From Octopus bimaculoides (taxonomy: Eukaryota), in assembly GCF_001194135.2 (NCBI RefSeq), contig NC_068988.1, positions 25,004,940-25,065,439 of the forward strand: DNA of 60,500 nucleotides, read 5' to 3'. This document shows, in pieces, positions 49,920-60,500 of this stretch. The notes under the pieces are model-generated. The model did not search any database. It was not told where the DNA came from and worked only from the letters and a program-made list of their open reading frames with translations. A program made the translations under genes and the position numbers. Position 1 is the stretch's first letter, and each line of letters opens with the position of its first letter.

Positions 49920-50458
49920 TATCGTAGTACTTTTGTGTGCGTGTATGTGTTTCTATGCATTTCTGAGAATTTATCAGCAGTATGGTGAAACACAATATCT
50001 ATTGCATATAATCTTTATAGATACTATGTTCTTATCTACATTCAGAGAGCTAGTGGAAGATCGAAACACAGAATGCCATAACGCCCACGGGCACAACTAG
50101 CTTATTGAATGAATTCTACTAAGTTGATTTACAAAAGATTGGTTGGAATTTTGCTGATGGGTAATCTGTTGGTGTTCAACAATTACCGTAAACATTTCAT
50201 CTCCGACCATAATATTTTCATTTAGAAAATATATAAAACTACATCATCCAAAGTTTTTCGAATCGCTTTCGAGGTCAGTAACGTCTGATCTGTACAAGAT
50301 TTCGTTGCTATTTCTACTAAATAGAAAAATATATAGAATCTATCTCGCTGATCGAAGTGTTTATTAAGGGGCTGACACGGAGTAAGACACGTACGATGCG
50401 GATAAAGCTTGGCAAAAGTTTTATGTTTGTTGAGAGATGATGATAGTGTTAAACTGAC

Positions 50459-50554
50459 CCAAATCGAAACAAATATGGAAGTAAATGCCTGAAATATACT
50501 GATTGAAGCATGTTGGTGACGGATAATTCTTCTTTTACATGCGGTCTCACGTAT
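50459..50554 (-). CDS. Candidate exon (96 nt), product unknown
   Basis: ttctattttgcag|ATACG...ATTTGG|gtcagt; frame 0 open (IRETACKRRIIRHQHASISIFQAFTSIFVSIW). Confidence 0.2.
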
Positions 50555-51749
50555 CTGCAAAATAGAATTGCAGGACTAGAATTGTGATATAAATGTGTAA
50601 GAATTTCACTGTTTAAGTACTTTAAAGTATTTGAAAAAGTAGTGCTTCAGTTCTTCACGCAGCAATAAAATTTCTGATAAGTTTTACTTTAGTAATAGTA
50701 TAAATATGCGAGGAAGCCGTGAAAAAATTGTAAAGCCTTAAATTCATTCATGTTTTTTGAAGGATTTAGTTGTATTCACTATAAAATGCGCGATAAAAAG
50801 TTCGATCCTAGATAGGTTTATCTCCATGAGAATGCGCAGACCTCCGACTAAATTTATATTTGTTTGCAGTACAACATGAGTCATTTACGTTGAATTACAA
50901 AGTCTCGAGCTAGACATAATTACATAGATATTAATACTATATATGTAATTCTGAATTTTAACACGGCATGGTAGAGTTTTATATATACGTTCTGGTTAGT
51001 TTTTCTTTCCTGTCTGCAAAATGATCAATGAAACAAGTAACTTAATGTTCAAATGGTTTGTTAATATTTATCCTTCACTCTTTTCATGGCTGAGGCCATT
51101 CTGGGGCAGAGACTTGTACGGTTTACTAAAAAAAAGCGACAGCACAACTTATTTTTTAAGCCTGCTAATTATTCAATTGATAACTTTGGGCCTACTGCTA
51201 TTCGTTGGGTACATAGATTAAGCAACACGAATTGTCAAGCGATGAAGGGATACAAACACAATCACAAAAAGGCAGACATACATGCATACATACAGAAACA
51301 CACATACTCACACAGACGCAGACACACATGCGCGCACGCACGCACATGCTGATATGTATTAATATTTCGCTTATGCATAGTGAGACTAATAACTTGGTGT
51401 AGAAGTCAATATACATACGATCTAGAACACAATATTAGATGAGGAGAGAGTGGAATAGAAATAAAAAGATGACACCGAAAAAAACAAATGTTATGTAATA
51501 AACGTCCTTAGCTTACAACAGTTTCTGCCATAAGATATGGTGGGCTCTTAGTTGAGAACCAAGACAACATTTATAGCTTCAGCAGAGCCTTAAATATGAA
51601 GCGCACTTTATTTGGGTAAGTTACATTTTCTGAACATACAGGCGTTATTTGTGAGAAAGTTTATGTTGATGGCTATGGAATGTTTTATATAGAACTTTCC
51701 ATAGCTATCAACATTAGCTACAGGAACGTAAACACACTAAGACTGATCA

Positions 51750-51885
51750 TCAAGTCTTCCAAATCCTCTCACAAGACTTTGGTCAGATCGAGTTTATAGT
51801 AGAAGACACTTTTCCAACGTGCCACGCTGTGGGGCGGAACCCCCAAACCATGTGGTTGGTTAGCGAACTTCTTACGACATTGCGT
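51750..51885 (-). mobile_element. Decayed 5' part of a family-1 SINE
   Basis: gactttggtc...tagtagaagacact...gtgccacgctgtgggg...aaaccatgtggttgg matches 44990-45090. Confidence 0.65.
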
Positions 51886-53308
51886 GTATCACTGTAGGAA
51901 ACAAACGGTCCAATTATATTTGCTAGGCAATTTTAGATAAAAGCAGGCACTTTTAATTAGAATACTTTTGAGTGAGAATTATATATTTGCAACCGGTTTG
52001 GCTCATTTGAAAAAAAACACAAAAACTGTAATTTATGACGTAGGATGTATTCCTGAGAACATTTTCGGTAAATACTTGGCCGTTATTTTGATTGAAGCTG
52101 TACGAAATTATCGTTGAATCTAACAGAAAATATTTCGTATTGTCAAACACTGTAAAGATAAATGTACGGTGTTACTCGTGTAATCTTCAAAGTTTATTGC
52201 TCAAAATTTACTGCTCTGTCAAGCTTATGGTTATAACACAATATTTAAGAACACCCATTGTGAAATTGAAAGAGTTTTTCTCATTATTTCATGACAAGTA
52301 AAAGTATAAAATCAATATAATATGATACATATAATTTATGAGATTCACATATTAATGAGAATACAATGATTATATAGTAATACAATTAGATGCAACAATA
52401 GTTGTCAATTACAACAGCCATATGTTACCGAAACATAGAAAAAGCCCATCATATGCTGCATTGTTTTAAAATAGGCATCCATCTACAGCAGCAAGAATTT
52501 GAAATACTGCTAATATAACTGTCATATCAATACCATGTTTCTACTTTTGTTTATAGCAATGCTATTGATCATATCAAGATTAGTTATATACAATGGGTGA
52601 AAATATGCTGCGCATCAAAAGACTCTGCATCAGTGCAAAACAATTTTTACAGTAGTTTACAATCATTGGAACGAAATAACTTTCTCGTTGCGTAAGCCAG
52701 CAGGGAAGAATGAGTAATAAACAAAAGTAGCAACAAGCTTGGCAACTTAAAACTCGGGAGACTATACCTGAAAATCATAAACCATGGCGAAACAATAAAC
52801 TAGAACGCCGCCATAAAACTGTCGTTATTACATGTTGTTGCTTACAACCCAACAAGAAATTAGAAAGGAATACGAACGGCATAATACGAAGCGTAACTAA
52901 TAAAAAACCTTATGATCTTCCTGCTACGCAGCGCATCAGAGACACATAAATTCGTTTTAAGTATAGCAGTTAGAAAACCTTGAGGGCCATATTGATGAAA
53001 ATACCATTGAAGCTTGTTATTTCTGTCACAATGGATGTGTTGTTTTGTAATTTCGATTTCACAAGAAATAATAGCACTTGATACGTAATTACACTTCATA
53101 AAAGAATGTAGACTCTGTGTTATCATTGGAGAAGTCCGAGGATAGTTACTTGGTTGATTAGCCCGAGATCAGCTTGATCGAACAAATTCTTCGACGAAAT
53201 GTTTCTATAAATGACCATTGTGTGTCTGTTTTACATGTTTAGAAGAAATGAATTAATTTATATCTAACACATTAGAATACAGGGGCGTGCTGTTCGGTTG
53301 CTATGCAA

Positions 53309-54250
53309 ACTGAAGCGCAAAAGAAACGCGGGACGTGTGTGACTATGAAATATGTTTTAATTTCATTATGTCAGATATAAATTTTGATAAATCTGATCAG
53401 GTCAATTTCTTGGATGCACTTTCACCACAGTCTATGGGTCGTTGTCATGTGTTCTGGTAGTGGACGGATCCAGCACATCGAGATTGTAGGGCGTGACATG
53501 TTCAATACCGTGTATGCTCTCCCTGGGTGTTCCATACGGTTTTACACCGTCGGTAGATCGAGGGCATAAAGCAGTTCAGAAAAGCCATTGGCCCCTGTGT
53601 CCAAACCCTGAGGGGTTGTCGGCCTTCTGTCCACCTTGTTCAACCGTCTCTGGATTCCATCCCACAGGTGTTCAATTGGGTTCAAATCCAGGCTGAAAGC
53701 CGGCAACGGCATGATTCTGATGTTGTACTGACGCAGAAAGTCCATGGTGACCCTGGCCATGTAGAAGGGAGCATTGCCCTGCTGGAACTCGTGGTTATAG
53801 TGACGCGCGAAGAAGGGCACGATGTGAGATCTTAGGATCTGGTCAACGTAGCGCTGCGCATTCCATTTGCCTGCACCAACATTTTGGAACACACGGAGCC
53901 CAGTTCTCTGATCCAGGCCTATAGCACCCCAAAACATGATGCTTTGGTCACCCCACGAGTCTCTCTCCATCATAAATGCGTCTCTGTAACGTTCACCCCC
54001 TACACCACACACTCACTCTGCCATCTGAGGTGGAAATGCAGTACTGGCTCTCGACGGAGAATACTATTGACCTCCATTGTTGATTCCGCCAATGTCAGTC
54101 TGTGTAGCCCAGTGTAGTTATGCCTGACGGTGGCGGACGGTGAGGACAGGCCCTCGAGCAGGACGACGGCAACGTAAGTTGCTTGCAGATAGTCGACATT
54201 GTACCGTGTCTGATGGGTCGCTGTCCTGTGCCACCGTTTCCGAACCTAGT
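53309..54250 (-). mobile_element. Tc1-family (DD34E) transposon, 5'-truncated and inactive
   Basis: Minus LRCRRPARGPVLTVRHRQA, WRSIVFSVESQYCISTSDGRVSVW, SIMFWGAIG, FQQGNAP, SLDLNPIEHLWD, YRRCKTVWNTQGEHTRY* (stop 53502-53504); terminus cgcgtttcttttgcgcttcagt. Catalytic D>V and D>G plus frameshifts. Confidence 0.92.
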
Positions 54251-54587
54251 ACATCAAGGATTACACTATCGAAAGTATATTTTACGCAGCGAGCAAAACA
54301 AGTAAAATGCTAGTGAAAATTGGAATTCTACCTTTCAGTATGACTTAACTATTTTAGAGATTGTATAACTTAAACACACTGGAAAACATATTGGCACGCA
54401 AATGTACACACACGCACACACACGCACGAACGCACACACGCGCGTGCACACAAACACACCATATAGTGACGTTCAAATATTGCTCTCAAACCACACGATT
54501 GAAACATACACGTAAGCATACACAAATGCATGTATACATGCCTATAGTTATATATATGTGTATGCGTGAGTATATACATACATACAT

Positions 54588-54668
<81 letters not shown>

Positions 54669-55576
54669 GCAACCGTGAGCGTACGCACGTAAGTGCTTTT
54701 CAATAATTAATCAAAGAGATAGCATTGAGTTACTCAAACCTTCATATATGCATTTAAAATTTAATAAAAAGAAAATTGCCAAGATGTGCGCAGAGACTTG
54801 TGCGGATTTATGATTGATTTGTTTAACGTTTCCATTTTTGTTAATATATATTTATTCCTTGATGGAAAGCTCTTTCAGTGGCTTATTGGCATCTACTTCA
54901 TTTCTATGTTTGGAAGTTTTATGCTAACGAAATTGAAGGTCATCCATTTCAATCAATTTCTCTAACAGTAAGTTGCACTTTGGAAATAAATTATTGCTAA
55001 TCATTTGCAACATTGTAACAACAAAAGCTTTCAAATTATCATGCATGTTCGCTGAAGAAATTTCCTTCTAGGCATGAAGAATATAGTCATTTTCTGTTGT
55101 GATGATTATCCGCTACAGAAATCAAGAAACTGTGATACCACCCGTTGGTTAAGTGACGCCCTGCACAATTAATTTTCCGTAAATAATAAGGTTAATTGTC
55201 GCAATTATTTCTTGGTCCATTGATTGTAATAATAATGTAGCTTTCAACTGTAAATATTACTTATACCTTTTCACACAAATTATCACGTATAGCTGGATAT
55301 TTAGCAAGTTGTCGCAAATTAAACGTAATATTTCGCTTAAAATATCTTTCAACAGTTAGACAAATATATTCAAATAGATAAATAAATAGCATAATATTCG
55401 AAATATATCTGGTCCCTCATACAGTTTAATGAACTAGAAGAATAGCAAAAGTAATCGAAGGTTTTATTCTTTCTATGAACGTATATGTCGTGTATGATAC
55501 GGAAGCAAATGTCTTAAATTTGAAATCATCGTTTAAAATTCCTCCTAATAAGAGAGCCATTCAATCATTACATACA

Positions 55577-55616
<40 letters not shown>

Positions 55617-55646
55617 CATATACCTATCTATCTATCTATCTATCTA

Positions 55647-55679
<33 letters not shown>

Positions 55680-55955
55680 ATTTATCTATCTATCTATCAA
55701 TCTATCTATCTATATAATAGTTGGAATATTTTATTTCTTCGCCTTTTTTCCCACGTCATTTATTGATGTTTATAATATTGAACATCTCTCATTTTCTGCA
55801 TTTAATTAAATTAATTAATTAATAACTAAATGTACATTAATGCAGCTTCTTTATTAATATTTGCTGACTAAACATATTTTTACCAGATGCAGCAGAATTT
55901 TTGTAATAGATTATCGTTCATTTTTACTTCACGTCTATTAAAAGCAAAATATAAC

Positions 55956-56128
55956 GGTTTCAAATTTTGGCTCAAAGCCAGTAAATGTTTTAGGAGAAGG
56001 AAGTTGATTTCCTCGATGAATTGCAACTTTGACCACGACATTAACTCAAATTAGAACGTAAAGAGTAGGAAGAAGTACCGCTAAACATTTCGTCAAACGC
56101 GATTACGATCCAGGCAGCTCATGGCTTT
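55956..56128 (-). mobile_element. Highly decayed family-2 SINE
   Basis: ggtttcaaattttggctcaaagcc tail and agaacgtaaag...taccgctaaacatttcg head remnants. Confidence 0.6.
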
Positions 56129-56475
56129 AAAACAATATAATATAAACAATAATACCTGTCTTATCTGAAAATACATAGAGAATTGCAAAGCGTTGTCATT
56201 CGACGAATAGCAAAAACAAATTTTCTTATATGTCATCGAGACATGAGATGTCAATATTTTAATTTTTCTTCATCAAATACAAAAGTAGTAAACATCTTCT
56301 AAATGAGTGAAACGAATTCCAATATACGTATTATTCGAATTTGTGTTAGAGATATCTATATTGAGAGTTGCAATGTACTTAAATATGCATATATTTATGT
56401 ATGTACGTATGTATGTATGTATGTATGTATGTATGTATGTATGTATGTATGTATGGATGGATGGATGGATGGATG

Positions 56476-56511
<36 letters not shown>

Positions 56512-57799
56512 NNNNNNNNNNNNNNNNNNNNNNNNNNNNNNNNNNNNNNNNNNNNNNNNNNNNNNNNNNNNNNNNNNNNNNNNNNNNNNNNNNNNNNNNN
56601 NNNNNNNNNNNNNNNNNNNNNNNNNNNNNNNNNNNNNNNNNNNNNNNNNNNNNNNNNNNNNNNNNNNNNNNNNNNNNNNNNNNNNNNNNNNNNNNNNNNN
56701 NNNNNNNNNNNNNNNNNNNNNNNNNNNNNNNNNNNNNNNNNNNNNNNNNNNNNNNNNNNNNNNNNNNNNNNNNNNNNNNNNNNNNNNNNNNNNNNNNNNN
56801 NNNNNNNNNNNNNNNNNNNNNNNNNNNNNNNNNNNNNNNNNNNNNNNNNNNNNNNNNNNNNNNNNNNNNNNNNNNNNNNNNNNNNNNNNNNNNNNNNNNN
56901 NNNNNNNNNNNNNNNNNNNNNNNNNNNNNNNNNNNNNNNNNNNNNNNNNNNNNNNNNNNNNNNNNNNNNNNNNNNNNNNNNNNNNNNNNNNNNNNNNNNN
57001 NNNNNNNNNNNNNNNNNNNNNNNNNNNNNNNNNNNNNNNNNNNNNNNNNNNNNNNNNNNNNNNNNNNNNNNNNNNNNNNNNNNNNNNNNNNNNNNNNNNN
57101 NNNNNNNNNNNNNNNNNNNNNNNNNNNNNNNNNNNNNNNNNNNNNNNNNNNNNNNNNNNNNNNNNNNNNNNNNNNNNNNNNNNNNNNNNNNNNNNNNNNN
57201 NNNNTATATATATATAAGCTCTTATGCTAAGTGGCATAGTCATTACTTTCAATTTAAGTAACATAGTGCAACCGATGTTCATGAAATATCAGCATTTCTA
57301 TCATTTTAGCAGTAAACATGGAAGTGATTGGTATCTTCTTCTTTGAATTCTTTTTCTAACAAGAAACTTTTCACTATCTCTCTTTTAACGGTTCTCCCTC
57401 AAATTAGCTTCTGTCACGTTAGACTTCTTTTACGCTATTTCCTTATATATAAAGCTTTGTAAGGATGGAAAGAAATTTCTAAAGATTCTATAAATTAATT
57501 GTCTATGCGACATTTCCTCTGTCTATTTATACCACTGTGCGACTCATTGTCTTTCTTTCATCCTTTCATTTCTCATTTATTCTCCTGTGTTTTCATCTTT
57601 AAGAAGATAGAACCTGCCAGTAAACATATCTACAATATAAGCAAAATATTTGGTACCTCTCGGATATGCATGTTTCTCCAAATATTCATATATCTGATTT
57701 GTTTATATATATATATCTCAGTGTCAGATAGTATGCATGTTTGAATTATGCGTGCATGCACATATACTTAACATACATACATCCAAGCATATATATATG

Positions 57800-57890
57800 T
57801 TGAAAAGTTCTCGGCTTTAAGGTTACCGAGAAAGATTTGGTTGGAAGCCCAACCTTCCGAGTTCTTTTACAGGGCTTAGAAAAATTGATT
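57800..57890. mobile_element. Short mariner-like element remnant
   Basis: gaaaagttctcggcttt (TIR-like) and ttggaagcccaaccttccgagttcttttacagggcttagaaaaa, recalled from a mariner-type octopus repeat; not verified. Confidence 0.4.
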
Positions 57891-58091
57891 ATATAACCCT
57901 TTTATGGAACGATGAATCTTGGAGCAGGTAATAGCGTGTAATTATTGGTTAAAAACACCTTAGAATAGAAATAAGAAGGCTGCCCGTGGCGCAGTAACTT
58001 ATATCGTCTGTAAGCATAACGAGCGTTCTACCATTGGACCAAAAATAAATTCTTCAAATTTCTCTAATCATTATAGAAACTTTCCTCTTAC

Positions 58092-58414
58092 CAGTGTGAA
58101 TTGTATGTTGTTAACGTAGTAAAAATTGAGAACTTCGAGAATGTGAATTAATTGCTTTTTTCTAGAATGGTGAAGGCAAACCATTATTTTGCTATAAGGA
58201 AGTGTTTGAATTATGAGGCATGCAATTTCAATGGCTGCTGCATTTGGAAGTTTTGTGTGTCTGTGAGTTCGAGGAAAGTGCATCTCCTTGTTTGTAAACT
58301 TTTGAACGTCTGTGTTTCCGTGTTTTTCTGTGGTCTACGTCTGTGCATTTGTGCCTGCGTGTATTTATGCGAGTGTCTATTTGTGCGAGTGTGTGTATTT
58401 GTGTGTGTATGTGA

Positions 58415-58455
<41 letters not shown>

Positions 58456-58880
58456 AAGAAGAAAGTATGTGTGTAATGTTTGGGTTTAGTGAAAGCTTTG
58501 TGTTTGCGTGCTCGTTGGTGCTTTCATTTGAACGCTTTGCTGTGTGCGTGTTGGCCTCACTGTAACTATAGAGGCAGATGTATATACCTGCGTGTATAGC
58601 TGAGTGGTATGGTGTATGTGTATGTCCGTCCACGACTCTGTTGAGACGAATAAATATGTCGGCCTGCGTGATATACATTGGGTGTTCCATTTGATTTGTG
58701 AATCGTGTGTTTTATTGGCTGTTATATTGAGGTGAATTCGTGTGTGTAATTGTGTGTCTGTGAAGGCAGATGATATGTGATTTGATTTAAAGGAAGGAAA
58801 GAAAATAATGCTGATTTTCTTTGTGGATTTCTGAAAACGAGCTATTCCACGAGAAATAAATAGACTGATTTATTGGATTA
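58092..58880 (-). promoter_or_regulatory. Possible promoter and non-coding first exon of a minus-strand gene
   Basis: Unique, GC- and CpG-enriched block; two CCAAT motifs on the minus strand (~58715, ~58872); donor CTG|gtaaga at 58092/58091. Inference only. Confidence 0.25.
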
Positions 58881-60468
58881 CTGTCTGTGTATTTATTTGA
58901 GAAAGTGCTGAAAAATTCGGTATTTGGTGGTCACTATGGCGTTATTACCAGCCCACGAAGAAAAAAGTGTTATTTGAAAAGAAAAGAAAAAACCATGCAG
59001 CTGAGAATGTCCAACATTCGTCCGAATTTTAACTTTGTGGTTTTCTGAAAACGGTCTGTTCAAATGCGAGGTGACATATACAATAAATTACTGCTGTTAA
59101 TCTATTTTTGATTTTTTGGAGAAGCACAGTTTCTGCAAAAATAAAATAACATCACCTTATTAGTGACGAGGTGCAAACTTAGTTGAAAAAGATTATTCGT
59201 AAAGCGTACTCATAGTGTTTTGCTTTTTAATTTTAAGGCGAGTATTTTTCATTTTCTTTTAGGATTTGTGGTTATATCTTAGCCTGGGTATTCATCAAAC
59301 TTGATGTATTATTGTTACACTTAGCAGTTTTTAGCGATACTGATTTTAAGTAAGCATTGAAGCCCATTTCGCATTTCTAGTTTCATGGAATTATTTTGGT
59401 TTTGTTTGTCTTCTGAATACTTTGTAACATTTCGGGATGTTTATTTAAGTTGTTCTCCTGTTTGGACAGGGAGATGTTCAGGAAGATTTTACACCTTATG
59501 TTCTTCACAATTCTGAAGATAATGAGTTCTTATGCTTTTAAAAATGAGACTATTTCCTCACTCATTAAACATTTCTCACGCTTGAGACGTACATTACTGA
59601 ATAATTCAACTTCATTGAGCTCAGCATAAAACCTTCCACGAAATAATCTCTCGATATGTATGGAAAGCTGATACTTATTCCAAATGCCAACATAATCACT
59701 CACCAAGAAACACAGGCAAAAACGCATAATAATAACTATCAATATTTACTAACTATGAAGAAAATTTTCTACATTTACTGCAAAGAAAGAAGAAAAATAA
59801 TAATTGAAATATAAATATTCAGTTTCAGGGCGTTGAATATAATTTGAAATGACTTAAACAAAATAACTGAAAAATAAAACAATGTAGTAAAAATCATTTA
59901 ATATGCACTCACATGCTGTCTTTGAAACTTTAGTTAATCTCTTTACCTCGGGCCCCTTAAGGACACAATTTAATTTTTTGTATTAATTTGTTTATTCTCT
60001 TGATCAATTACATCCTAATAAAATATCTAAGCGCTATCTTTCAAATAATCTGGAAATTATTACACTGCATCGATGCATTCCCTTTAACAAGTTTAAAGAA
60101 CCAACGCACATATTTACATTTATAAGCACAAAAATACATACATATACGTGTGTGCATGCGAGTGCACATATATGTATGTCAGTTCGCATACATGTATGTA
60201 AGTGCCCCTATATCATATATATGTAAATACACACATATATACAAATATGTGAATATGTGCATATGTGTGCATATATGCATATATGCAAATATGTGCATAT
60301 GTGTGTGTGTGTGTGTCTCAAAAGACACATTCGTGTCCATAGAACATGATTAATGTTTTATTATACTGAACCTACATTTATCGTTCAGGGCAAGAGAATC
60401 TGTCATATATATATATATATATATTTTTTTCATTTCAAAGTTTCAGCTCAGAGCTGCGGCCATGCTGA

Positions 60469-60500
<32 letters not shown>

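Larger units (their letters stand above)
5467..57204. other. Assembly gaps (N runs) at ~5467-5609, 13980-13999, 15504-15514, 28806-29013, 38480-38766, 40586-41085, 47163-47666, 48951-49465, 56512-57204
   Basis: Direct reading; most are bordered by (TA)n, (TG)n or (TAA)n. Confidence 0.98.

Noticed and set aside
51512-51615. Plus-strand exon candidate LTTVSAIRYGGLLVENQDN... (also 9437-9498)
   Set aside because: One splice site is weak in each case and there is no homology; chance level.
37195-57282. ORFs of YIYI/THTH/VCVC and those containing X runs
   Set aside because: Translations of dinucleotide repeats and N-gaps.
57965-58050. tRNA-like words on both strands (gcccgtggcgcag; tggtccaatggtagaacg)
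   Set aside because: No B-box or acceptor stem can be formed.

Overview
AT-rich eukaryotic genomic DNA from a draft assembly, with nine N-gaps that nearly all sit next to simple repeats. The density of (TA)n/(CA)n/(TAA)n/(TAGA)n tracts and the tRNA-derived SINE families suggest an octopus or other coleoid cephalopod; this is inferred from remembered repeat families, not from a search. No intact host gene can be identified. Nearly all long ORFs in the supplied track are translations of microsatellites or N-gaps. What the sequence supports is a dense set of decayed mobile elements: (1) about nine fragments of R4/Dong-type restriction-like-endonuclease (RLE) LINEs, nearly all beside (TAA)n arrays; (2) four tRNA-derived SINE families, one present in about 12 copies including a dimer inside a 17-bp target-site duplication (TSD); (3) a decayed hAT (Buster/GTF2IRD2-like) transposase interrupted by a Tx1/L1-type RT fragment and a nearly intact minimal hammerhead ribozyme motif; (4) two Penelope-like RT fragments and several decayed hammerhead-like motifs; (5) a dead Tc1 DD34E transposase, a pogo-like MITE and a mariner fragment; (6) a ~2.9-kb compound trinucleotide field. 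A few GC-enriched islands with good splice signals could be exons of a long-intron minus-strand gene, but they are unverified. No convincing new biological system was found. The best leads are the hammerhead/Tx1 cassette in the hAT relic, the phase-compatible candidate exons, a perfect 16-bp hairpin and an unidentified ~1-kb coding relic.
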